From: Chiloscyllium plagiosum
Lineage: Eukaryota
Direction: 5' to 3'
NCBI RefSeq assembly: GCF_004010195.1
Contig: NC_057718.1
Span: 22,037,714-22,101,713, forward strand
DNA length: 64,000 nucleotides
Shown here in pieces: positions 51,376 to 62,393 of this stretch (position 1 is the stretch's first letter; every line of letters begins with the position of its first letter). Under the pieces are notes generated by a model that was not told the DNA's origin, searched no databases, and saw only the letters and a program-made list of their open reading frames with translations. The translations under genes were made by a program, and so were the position numbers.

Positions 51376-51589
51376 GCATTTGTTCCTGACATGATCATGG
51401 AAGCCCTTTCCACTGGAACAGCCTAATCAATAACATTTCTAATCACAACAAAACTGAAGAAACTATGGGCCATGCTGTTCTATTGGGTAACTGCCCTATC
51501 CAAGGTCCAGTTACCCCAAGAACATCCACTCACCTATATGAAGGGATATTCGTCCCTTAATGTCCAGATAACATAGAAAAGAATCACTT

Positions 51590-51692
51590 CAAAATGAAAA
51601 CAGGAAATGCTGGAGAAATTCAGCAGGTCTGGCAACATTTGTGGAGAGAGAGATAGAGTTAATGTTTTGAGCTCGATATTGTTCTTCGTCAG
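51590..51692 (-). mobile_element. Single Penelope-like terminal arm (family C-related)
   Basis: TGCTGGAGAAATTCAGCAGGTCTGGCAACAT...AGAGTTAATGTTT; minus-strand CTGACGAAG remnant. Confidence 0.65.
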
Positions 51693-52669
51693 CCTCCACA
51701 TCAATATGCAGGAATTTATCATTATTATTCTTTGGCATTTGTGAGAAGAGAATGTGAGAGACAAAGCACATAGATGCTACCATTGCTGATATCTAATTCA
51801 GAGACCCCCTTAAACAGCAGCAGTAGTGAAGTGTCTTACCAAGCTTGTGATTCAAAGGCCCATCAAGATGTTCAAATCCTTGATTTCACTATTTGGACAG
51901 AATGATAAGGGTTCTGCAATATTCTCCAAATTAGGTATTGTTACAACCAGTTGGGGTGGTGCACTGTAAATCAAGCTCCGCTATGTCCAGAGTCATATTG
52001 AATTTTAAAGTCTTTTTTAAAGTATGCACAGAACCCCAGTTTATATAACTTTCATACCAAAGTTGATAGAAAGTTTCTGTACTAACCAAGTAGGATTATT
52101 TATTATAGATGATTAGACTATTACTACTAGTAAACTGATATAAATTAATTGAATTCCCCCTTTCTCTCTCTCTCCCCCTCTCTCTCACGCACACACACAC
52201 ACACTCTTATGCACACACATGTGCGCGCGCAGGGAAAATGTAGTGTTGGCAGAAGTAGAAAAAATGGAAAATCAGTTCAGTGGTTTTTGCTTCCCAATTC
52301 TGATATTGAGAGGATCCTTCTTCAGCTGGCCAAATCTCTTATTATCCAGATGTGTTTCTCTGGATGTTTCTCCTGGTTTGCAAAAAGTACAGAGTGACTG
52401 CTTCACTTGGAAAATGTTTCTGATTTATCATTTCAAAAGACACAGCTTACAGTAGTTGCAGGAAAGGTACCTGGTTTACTTCAGGTTTAAACTGAGTTTT
52501 TGACTGCAGTGAACAGGCTGTTTCTTGGCTGGGAGAAGATCTGCACTCTTTTTCTCTTTCTGTGTCTCTGTTATCGGTTTACAGATCAATCTACATTTTG
52601 TTGCCAATGAGTGCTGCATCAGTATATGCCCTTGTCTGCAGATCATCTGCAAATACTACTTCCAACAGA

Positions 52670-52806
52670 TAAAGAACTGAGGATGCTGGAGATCTGAAAC
52701 AAAAACAAAATGCTGGAGAAACTGAACTTGTGATTTGAAATGTTTACTCCATTTTTGCAGATGCTGCCGAACCTGCTGAGTTTCTCCAGCAATTTCTGTT
52801 TTTTTT
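52670..52806. mobile_element. Degraded fold-back element (family C-related)
   Basis: TGCTGGAGAAACT ... AGTTTCTCCAGCA inverted; CAGATGCTGCCGAACCTGCTGAG. Confidence 0.65.
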
Positions 52807-53459
52807 TCCAATTACTGCGTGTTCAAATAGTTGTTTCAAATACCTGCCATGTGTGTCCAGTTACTTGCTTTCAGACTGTAGCTACTCTTTCAAGTAGTGG
52901 CTTTTTAAGCAGCTCTACTCATTTCAGTCCCCAGATTTTAGAAACACTAAGCACAAAGACAAAGTTTTTATAGTGTCCAAACATAGTGATCACTTATTGT
53001 GCAACCAGAAACTTAACTGCTAGATAAATGCATTTTATGATATTTATGTGAGTTAAATGACTTGATGGATCATTATTGTCTGTATTTTATGATTTACTAA
53101 CTTTTTAAAATTATGACTAATGTTCTCCAAAAGCAGAAAGATGCTGAGTGCTAGAATATTCAATAGAAATGGCCGCTGTCAGACACAGATCTTTGCAGAG
53201 AATAGATAAAGCCAATATTACATATATAAGTAAAATTAGAGCTTCTGGAATATATTTAGTTATTTTTCTGTTTACCATCTGTATGTCAAATAATACGTCT
53301 GTATAAAAATAATTTGCCTGTAGCTTTGATAGATGAATGTTCAATGTCTGCCTTCTCCTCAAGTGTTGAAATCACTTGATGACACACTTTTCCATTTGCA
53401 TCTATCCAAAAGGTTGTTTTATTCCTTTGTGTTGGGATTCAACAAGCAAGCTATGAGGT

Positions 53460-54040
53460 TGTCTTTGAGATTGTCTTTAAATTGAAGCTTGAGTAATCTC
53501 ATTATAGGCATTCCTGTGTTCAGCTGGCTGTAGAGTAATTTGTGACTGAGCAAAGAACGCTTGCTGGAAATTGGTTGATTTTGTCATCCAGTGTAATGTT
53601 TTGGGAGAGGATAGTCCCCAGATAGCAAGACATCTGTTGCTGAATGGAAGGGAGCATGGATGATAGTGATGTGGGATCATGAAATATGTGGCTGGGTGCA
53701 AGTTGATACAAACACTCTTCTTCAGATTGATTGTCGGGCAGATGTATTCTGAGGCTAAGGCAAAATAAGCAATAAGCAGCTGAATGTTCTCCCTCGTATG
53801 TGCAGTGGAAATGCATTGTCGATGGCCTGTTCAATAACCTTTCAGCAAGTCTTGAGTCTTTGCAAATTAAAGAGGTCACTAGCTGCTCTAAGTTGAATTT
53901 TCCTCCTGTGTTAAGATCTTGGAACATGCACAGGAACATGACAGAGCAGCATATGGCAGACAGAGCTATTGGTAGTCCTCAGTTGTCACTTCCCCACACC
54001 ACTTGGCTTTGGAAGTCTGGTGTTTTGCTTGATGACAACT
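53460..54040 (-). mobile_element. Old RTE (BovB-like) LINE fragment
   Basis: ORF 53520-53939 contains TGGKFNLEQL and CYLGTILSQNITLDDKINQ, resembling the RTE motifs RTDGKLFNLRRL and YLGS.LS....ID.EI. Confidence 0.6.
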
Positions 54041-54190
54041 TGATGTAAGATGTGTGGTTTATATGTATATATTATTATCACTTATTTTTTAATTCTTGGA
54101 TTTGAAGCCAGTAGAATGTGTTTTGTTGTCTGTGTGTCTGAAGGAGTTTCATGAATAACTTGTAAATATTTCTGTAGCAGCAGTGATTTG

Positions 54191-54272
54191 CTGATGAAGG
54201 AGCAGCGCTCCGAAAGTTTGTGCTTTCAAATAATCCTGCTTGAAGGTTGTGTTGTGTGACTTTTTAACTTTG
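54191..54272 (+). mobile_element. Single family-A arm with hammerhead remnant
   Basis: CTGATGA-A-GGAGC-AGC-GCTCC-GAAAG...GTTGTGTGACTTTTTAACTTTG. Confidence 0.75.
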
Positions 54273-54811
54273 CTTTTTAAAACACAGTATTACAAACTTT
54301 CTTCCTCGATAGAGTTTTATTTACATTGGGAGAGTTACCAGCAAACAAAGTTAACAGTGTAGTGCATTAAGTTTTTTTAATAGAGAAATCTGGAATTTTT
54401 TGGATGCTTAAGGAAAAGTACTAATAGCTTGCAAAAAAAAGGGTTTCAGATGGGTAATTTGTAGAAGTCTTGGTTGGAGGTGGATTAGAATAACAGCTGC
54501 TGTGAAGAAAGGGAAGTAGTTTTAGGACTGTTAAGAAAATGTAAGGAGTTTAATTTCAAAGTTCTAGACCATAAGTATTTGGTTTAAACCCTGAAGACAT
54601 GAAGCTCGGTTGTATCAAGTCTATCAGATTCTGTAGATGGAGAATTGAAACCACAGTTAAATTAAGTCCTATAGATGTAAAGGAGAAGGATATTCTGTCT
54701 GATGTGAGCACTATAAATCAGAGTTTTTGGAATTAATGAAATTATATTTTACAATGTGTTTCAAACTTTAAATTTGTGCTATATTTAAACAGCTTATTCT
54801 GTTTTATTTAT

Positions 54812-55145
54812 GAGTGGCATGGTGGCTCGGTGGTTAGCGCTACTGCCTCACAGAACCAGGGACTCAGTTTTGATTCCACTCATGGGTGACTGTCTGTGTG
54901 GAGTTTGTATATTTTTGCATCTTTGTGGGTTTCCTCCCACTGTCCAGAGATGTGCAGCTTAGGTGGATTGGCCATGCTAAATTGCCCATTGTGTTGAGGG
55001 ATGTGCAAGCTAGATGGGTTAGCCATGGGAAATGCAGAGTTAATGAGGTAGGAGGGGGTGTGTGGGTGTGGGTGGGATGCTCTTCAGAGGGTTGGTGTGG
55101 ACTTGATGGCCTAAATGGCCTGCTTCTACAAAATAGGGATTCTAT
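54812..55145 (+). mobile_element. Diverged V-SINE
   Basis: Head GGTGGCTCGGTGGTTAGC, core TGTGTGGAGTTTG, tail TAGGGATTCTAT. Confidence 0.85.
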
Positions 55146-57261
55146 CTTAATTTCTTTTGTATAATAATTTTTTTTATTTTTAACCCTGACTCTGCAACGT
55201 TCTGTGTTTGTGTTTCAGTGAAAGAGCACCAAAAAAAAGCAACCTATGATCTATCAAGACAAATTTCAATCCGGGATCTGACTCGTCCAGTAGTAATAAC
55301 ATTTGCTAAACAACCTGCATGTGGAGTACATTTAAGTGGGTGGTATTTGTGCAGAGTTTCTCCTACTCCCTCCTCTAAGACAGCTGAACACACACTGGTG
55401 CAATGCAGATTTAGCAGCTGAAAGGATGCAAGTTTGAATTGAAAGTTGTCCTTCATGATGAACTGCTGATCAGGCTGAATACCCTCTTGTATCTTTGACG
55501 TCCCCTGTCCATTCTGTTGACACAACTGTGATTTTCCACATTGCCAGCCGTTGTATACTTTGCTGGTAAATAGTTGAGAAGTTTTGCAATCAGAGTTACC
55601 TTCTTCAATGTAAACTTCCAATTATTGAGTCTTACCAACCCTGAGCTGTTTGGCTCTGAAGTACCAAACACCAGACCTCACACCTCTTCCCCCAGTTCTC
55701 AGCAGGGATCGGCACATAAAGCTGAGCAATTGGAGTTTGATACGCTGACTATATGGGACTTTTCTTGGATGAAGAGAAACTCAAGTATGTTTATTACCCT
55801 GGTCCTTTCTAACCATTTGACCATATTGCACGCAGTAGCCTTATTATATCTTACCTGAAAAGGTTAAATCTTTTTTGCCTCACAACTTGTTCCACCTTTT
55901 AAGTTTTTCCTCCTTGTTATGACTCCCACCCTTGTAGGTCAGTTTTGAAGTGGCAACAATGCCATATTTTGTAATCATTAACCATTTGAAATATTGAATG
56001 TTGATTGAACATTCAATTATCTAGTAACATAATTGATTCGCCCTTTCTGTAACAATGACCATAAAAGTATATTTTTCTGTTGGAACCTATTTGTGGCGTT
56101 TCTAATAATTTCCCAACTGGAATCAGTTTAACTGCGTGTCAAGTGAGACCTAGGAGCTTTCACTACTTCATGGTAGAAAATTGCAATGGACTATGACTTT
56201 TATTGAGCCAGTGGGAGCTTCACACCAATAATGATGAGATAAAATTAAAAATAAAGTATTTTCAGGCTGGACCTATTTGGTTTATTTTAGAACCTTGGAT
56301 AAACATGGATCAATGACCAACTTTAACTAATGGACAAATTTCATTACTTTAAGCTGGAATGTGAGATTTGGTAAAATAAATCTTTTTCTTGGGACTGTTT
56401 GGGGTGGATTTATGTGATCCTTTAAATAGTACTCCATAGAATGACCAAGATTGGTAAACATTTTTAGAGTTTTGCAGTGATAAAGTTCTGAAATCACCCA
56501 TCCTGTTTACCATCAGTTGCTGCTAATTAGCACTTCGCAGACCTTTGCTGCTGTAATTACATCAGCACGCCTCTATTTTATTTACAGGTCTGAGAAAGCT
56601 ATTTGTGTTAGAAATGCAGGCTTTATTGTGTCGACTAAAGCTGCCTTGCTTTTTTGGCAACTTTGGCATATCACTGATCAGCAATATGTAGTTGACAAAA
56701 TATGGTGCTGAGAAACAGCTACAGAGATGCATTGACTATTTTACATTGCCAAGTATTATTCTTGTGTACTGTTCAATGTTTGGTTTTAGATATCAGACAG
56801 GTCTGTATGAATCAAATGACCAATAAATCTTACCTGAGATAAGGGTGTGTTAATCACATGACTGTTTAAACTATCTTTTGTTACCTACTTACCAGCAATT
56901 AGAGCCCTACCTCTTGCATCTTTTAGTTGAAATCCTGTTTTAAGTGTTCCAATTTTGAAAGGATCTTTGGAAGATTGAAAAAATAAAAGCCAAGAGAATT
57001 GCTGTTGGATTGAAATTGAAGTAATTTTTGGATCAGTATGTTTCTTTCAGATAATCATGTTTTGAAAGTTTCCATTAGTTTACTGTGAATTTCATGTTTA
57101 TCTTTATCTCTCTTTTTGAGTAAATCATTCTTCCCCAAATTTATGGAAGCAGAACCAATTCTCATGGACTCCTCTTCATTTTATTATTAGTTGTGGTATA
57201 TTTGATGGTAGAGACTGTAACAACCTGCAAATTTTTCTTATATTCATTCTGAAACCAGTAT

Positions 57262-57615
57262 TTTATTCATTCATGTTATACAGATGTCAATTAATGAGCC
57301 AGTATTTTTTGCCCATCCGAGACCCTAGAGGACATTTAAGAGTTAACTACATTGATGTGGGGCTGGGGTCACATGTAGGCCAAGTGAGGAAGGCAGATTT
57401 TCATCCCTAAAGTGCATGAGTGAAACAGATGGGATCTTATGACAATCAGCAATAGATATCTGGTCACCATTAGGCTAGTTTTTTTAAATTTCCAGATTTT
57501 TAATGAATTCATATTTTACCCTCTGCTCTGGCAGGATCCAAACCCATGTTCCCTGATCGTTAACCTGGGTTCTGGATTACTTGTGCAGTGACATTGCTAC
57601 TACACCACCACCTTC
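57262..57615 (-). mobile_element. tRNA-derived SINE sharing its 3' tail with the LINE at 42075-43290
   Basis: Minus strand: GGTGGTGTAGTAG A-box-like, GGGTTTGGATCC B-box-like. Tail GGATGGGCAAAAAATACTGGC resembles GACGGGCATTAAATGCTCGC at ~43231. Confidence 0.6.
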
Positions 57616-57959
57616 CCATAACTGAGATAATTAAACATTTAAATACTCAATTATAATGTCTGTACACCTGCGCTTGTGAAACAGCTAAAGATAAATAGAA
57701 CTGACTTCCAATTTGTTTACCCATCCACTTTGTGGATATATACTTTGTGGATATATATATATATATATATCCCAATATACTTTCATATATCCTGTCCTAT
57801 ATAAATCCTCTGTCTTGGTATTTGTTGACAGTTGTGGTTTACAGAAATCATTGTATAGTTTTGCAGTGATTTGAAGTTTGTGGGAGTGAGGGGGAAGGGG
57901 AACTGATTGGATGAACAACTTTGACTTCATTACACTAGCCAGCATGTAATACAAAACAG

Positions 57960-58185
57960 TAACAACAATCAGAATTTCAGATAATTTGGTTGCCTCGTCT
58001 CCACGCTTTGAAATCCAGTCCATACCCATCTCCGACTGTACCTCACTATCCTCCTTTAAGACAGTTCTTAAAACCTACCTCGTTGATCACACTTTTGGTC
58101 ATCTGTAGCTCAGTGTCATACTTTGTTTATGATGTCTTTGTGAATGAGTTATATTAGTGGTACTGTTTAAATATAAGTTATTGTT
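57960..58185 (+). mobile_element. L2-like 3' end
   Basis: TCCTTTAAGACAGTTCTTAAAACCTACCTC (SFKTVLKTYL) followed by a TATAAGTTATTGTT tail. Confidence 0.55.
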
Positions 58186-60485
58186 AATTAGTCAGCAAAC
58201 AACACAAAGTGTAAATTATGCTATTTTTTTGAACATCATGACAAAGTAACCTTACCACCGTAACTTTTTAAAAAATATTATCTCTCAGCCTCAGGATGTT
58301 TCTGCCCTTTCTTGCTCTTTCAATAACTTGTTGATTTCCCTGATGCATTTTACATTCATCGATTCCTGCAACCCATTCTGTACACAGGAACCATGATAAA
58401 AAATAAAACATCTCTCAGTCATTCAGTTTTGAACAACAATCTTGTGTATGAATTTTGGTGCTCATGTAAGGCCAGTTTTATAAGCTGCATGCCCCAATGA
58501 CTGGCTGATTCGTCCATAGTTTGAAATGAGGAGAAAACAGACCATTCTCAACAAGACTGGACTTGGGAAACAAAATGTCTGCCTTTAGACGTGATTCTGT
58601 GATTGAGCAGACAAGCTGGTAATCTTCAGACATAGGGTCTCTTTCTCTGTAAACAAAAGAGATATGCTCATATTTGTGTTATATATGGGTTTAAAAGGGT
58701 CAACATAGAGGCCCATCATCATGACCCATATGATGAAGATATATATCGACTAATGAGCAGATCGGTTCATGATTTTGGAGGAGTAAAACCGAACATCCAA
58801 TTCTCCTATTAGTCTCTGTAACAATGTCTATCATATCAGTATAACTTCAAATTAGCTGCTAACAGGCAATAAACTACTTATTGTTCAATACCAGAATCTC
58901 TTCCTGTTGGACCACAAAATGGTTTTTCTCTACTACTGTAGGCCAAACAGACCCAGTGGGTCTTTACAGTTGAAATCTGTCACCTGATGAAGTGTAAACT
59001 TGGCTTGGTCCACATATAACATGATGACCAATGGGTATGGATTTCACTTAGCTGCCTCATATAACGTGCTGGGAGCGATGGAGATCTGAAGAGCATTCAG
59101 CACCTTCGGACTCAATATTCATTCTCTTGGTTCTGCAGATAATCAGCAGCAGAATATTCAAGAATCTTACTTAGGAAACCTTCATGGCAAGCTTTATTAT
59201 GGAAGAATCTATCATTGTAAAATCATTTCAGACCTATGAGAGATGTGCTGAAATGGGAGAGTTAGGCACTTCCTGAAGAAGGAGAATTAGTTACTCTCTA
59301 AAGCAGCTAGAGATTGAATCGCATGGCAGAGCAACAGTCCTAAGTTAGGGTTCAGCCAGTGAGTGAAAAGGCAAAGGAGGCTCAGTGAGAAAAGTTAAAA
59401 TTGTTGGCGGGCAAGAAAAAACCTTCTTTAAAAGTGAGCATTATTACAGATTGAGAAAGAAAAGAGTAAGGAAGGTACTTAAAAGTTCAGATCGAATTTC
59501 ACTGCCATAAGGGGCAGCCATCACAAGGGAAATCCAGGACCATTAAAGCATTCAGACCAAGGTCACAGATCTGGGTAAGGTGAAAATACAGAATTAAAAT
59601 GATGAAGGGGAAGAGCAGAAAGTTAGAAGATAGAAGAAGAAAGTTTGGAGACTTTATTAAAGTGACTGAAAACACGAGAGACCCTTCCTTCAAACCACAT
59701 TAAAAGGAGGAAGCATTTATTTAAACTATTGGGGGCAGGAACTATCCAGGGAAAAAAAAATCAAGAGGTGGGATTCATTTCTTAAAGCTGCAAATAGTGA
59801 GAGTGGTTCAATAAAAACAAAATCTAAGCTGGCATCATTTATGAAAGCTGCTGGCAGTGAGATTAATTCAGTGAAGCCACGAAAAGGAAATGGAAATAAT
59901 TTATTAAGGCCCACAAATAGCAACATTGATCCCATAAGGTGTGGAAAAGGCAGAAATCCTGTATCTTGGCTGTGAGAAAGCAGAAATCCTAATTTTTATT
60001 TCAAAATATGCGAAAACCTCATTACAGCAGCACAGAAAAGCAACAGCACAAATACATTATGGCTCAGTATCCATTATCTTTTAGATATTTTATCATCAAC
60101 CTGTTCAGCTATGTTTTTACATACCCCTGGAGCAGGTGAAACATTAATCCAGGTCTTCCAAACTGGTTAAGAAATACATTCTCCTTACGTTGTCCCTGCC
60201 CATAAAACCGACCACACCACTCCTGGGTCAAAATGGCAAGTTTCCACCTATTTGACCTATTTAGGATATTCATCACAGCTTTCATTTAAACCTGGGTGCA
60301 CAGGCACCTGTCATCACATTGATCCAGCTCGAATCATCCCTATCTACAAGGACCAGCATTAAATTGAAATTTTATCCTTTTGTGTTTGTTCTGCCAGAGC
60401 TGCACCTGCTTCAGATTTACTTTGAATTAATCTGAATTCAGTCAGTTGCAGTGGAGCAGGACACAACCATGTGGTTCCAATTGAT

Positions 60486-60625
60486 CAGAATTCTGAGGAA
60501 ATGTCACTGGACCTGAAAGATGAACTCTGCTTTCTCTCCACAGATGCTGCCAGACCTGCTGAGTTTTTATAACAATTTCTGTTCTTGTTTTTGATTTCCG
60601 GCATCCACAGTTCTTTGATTTCTTT
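60486..60625 (+). mobile_element. Single-arm family-C element with 14-bp TSD
   Basis: TSD TGGTTCCAATTGAT at 60472-60485 and 60626-60639. CTGAGGA-A-ATGTC-ACTG-GACCT-GAAA at 60493. Confidence 0.85.
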
Positions 60626-60813
60626 TGGTTCCAATTGATGGCTAGTTCGGAGTTGTATGAATCAAAGGAAGATCAAAACAATCAGTTGAAGCCAATTAAA
60701 AAAAGATCTAGAGCATTAACTCTCTCATTTCTGTGATGCTGGAGAATGCCTTGTTCAAGTCCCAAATCAATTTTGGTTGGTTTAACTGTTTAGAGTCATA
60801 GAGTCATAGAGAT

Positions 60814-60921
60814 TCCTGCCTCAGGCAACTGACTGTGTGGAGTTTGCACGTTCTCCCCGTGTCTGCGTGGGTTTCCTCCGGGTGCTCCGGTTTCCTCCCA
60901 CACTCCAAAGATGTGCAAGTC
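60814..60921 (+). mobile_element. Truncated V-SINE core
   Basis: CCTCAGGCAACTGACTGTGTGGAGTTTGCAC...CCAAAGATGTGCA, joined directly to a microsatellite. Confidence 0.85.
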
Positions 60922-61053
60922 ATCTAATCTAATCTAATCTAATCTAATCTAATCTAATCTAATCTAATCTAATCTAATCTAATCTAATCTAATCTAATCT
61001 AATCTAATCTAATCTAATCTAATCTAATCTAATCTAATCTAATCTAATCTAAT
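60922..61053. repeat. (CTAAT)n pentanucleotide microsatellite, ~26 perfect units
   Basis: 132 nt of uninterrupted ATCTA repeats; same unit as the SINE tails. Confidence 0.97.
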
Positions 61054-61937
61054 GTACAGCATGGAAACAGACCCTTTAATCCAACTTGTCTATGCTGACC
61101 AGATATCCCAACCCAATCTAGTCCCACCTGCCAGCACCCGGCCCATATCCCTCCAAACCCTTCCTATTCATATACCCATCCAGATGCCTTTTAAATGTTG
61201 CAATTGTACTAGCCTCCACCACTTCTTCTGGCAGCTCATTCCATAAATGTACCATACTTTGCGTGAAAAAGTTACACCTTAGGTTTCTTTTATATCTTTT
61301 TCCCTCTCATCCTAAACCTATGCCCACTAGTTCTGGACTCCTCCACCCCAAGGAAAAGACTTTGTCTATTTATCCTGTCCATGCCCCTCATGATTTTATA
61401 AACCTGTATAAGGTCACCCCTCAGTCTCTGATGCTCCAAGGAAAACAGCTCTAAGCCTATTCAACGTCTCCCTATAGCACAAATCCTCCAACCTTGGCAA
61501 CATCCTTGTAAATCTTTTCTGAACCCTTTCAAGTTTCACAACGTCTTTCCAAAAGGAAGGAGACCAGAATTGCACACAATATTCCAAAAGTGGCCAAACC
61601 AATGTCCTGGATAGCTGCAACATGACCTCCCAACTCCTGTACTCAGTACTCTGACCAATAAAGGAAAGCATACAAAACGCCTTCTTCACTATCCTATCTA
61701 CCTACGACTCCACTTTCAAGGAGCTATGAACCTGTATTCCAAGCTCTTTTTGTTCAGCAGCACTCCCTAGGAATTTACCATTAAGTGTATAAGTCCTGGT
61801 TTGGACTTACAGCAATGAACTTTGCTTGGAAATTTGAGTGTAACTTTTCTTGGCAAAATCAGTGCAGTGCTCAACACATTGGCAAACTTCCCCTGAGCAG
61901 AAATTCCATGTTTGCAAATATGCCAGAGTCTGGCATA

Positions 61938-62057
61938 TTTGATGACGGAGCAGCAGTCCGAAAGCTATTATTTCCAAGTAAGCTTGTTGGACTATAACCT
62001 GGTGTTGTGTGATTTTTAACTTTGTTCATCCCAGTCCAACAGCAGCACCTCCACATC
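61938..62057 (+). mobile_element. Single family-A arm, diverged
   Basis: TGATGACGGAGCAGCAGTCCGAAAGCTA...TGTTGGACTATAACCTGGTGTTGTGTGATTTTTAACTTTG...CCAGTCCAACA. Confidence 0.8.
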
Positions 62058-62082
62058 TTTACTTGGGCAGAAAACCTGATCC

Positions 62083-62393
62083 ATGTGGCTAGCACTATTG
62101 CCTGGCAGCACTCGGGACCTGGGTTCAATTCCAGCCTTGGGCAACAGTCTGTGTGTAGTTTGCACATTCTGCCTGTGTCTGTGTGAACTTGCTCTGGTTT
62201 TCTCCCACAGGCCAAAAATGTGCAGTTTAGGTGCATTGGCCATACTAAATTGTTCATCGTGCCCAGGGGTATGTAGTTTAGGAGGAATTGTCTTGGTAGA
62301 CACCGGCTTACGGGGCTGAGTCTGGGTGGGAAGCTGTTTGGAGGACATGATTGGCTGAATAGCCTGCTTCCAGACTGTGGGGATTCTATGATA
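62083..62393 (+). mobile_element. Diverged V-SINE
   Basis: GGGTTCAATTCC B box, core, GGGATTCTATGAT tail. Confidence 0.82.

Larger units (their letters stand above)
60790..61800 (-). mobile_element. CR1 3' fragment whose tail is interrupted by a truncated SINE
   Basis: TAGAGTCATAGAGTCATAGAGAT...GTACAGCATGGAAACAGACCC; ORF 61414-61689 (LEYCVQFWSP...LERVQKRFTRML). Confidence 0.9.

Noticed and set aside
55244..55860. ORFs of 72-125 aa, possibly a decayed TE coding region (also 59499-59935)
   Set aside because: No motif I can assign with confidence.
60922..61053. (CTAAT)n as a telomeric repeat or branch-point array
   Set aside because: Not TTAGGG. It is the SINE tail unit, and no acceptor or exon follows.
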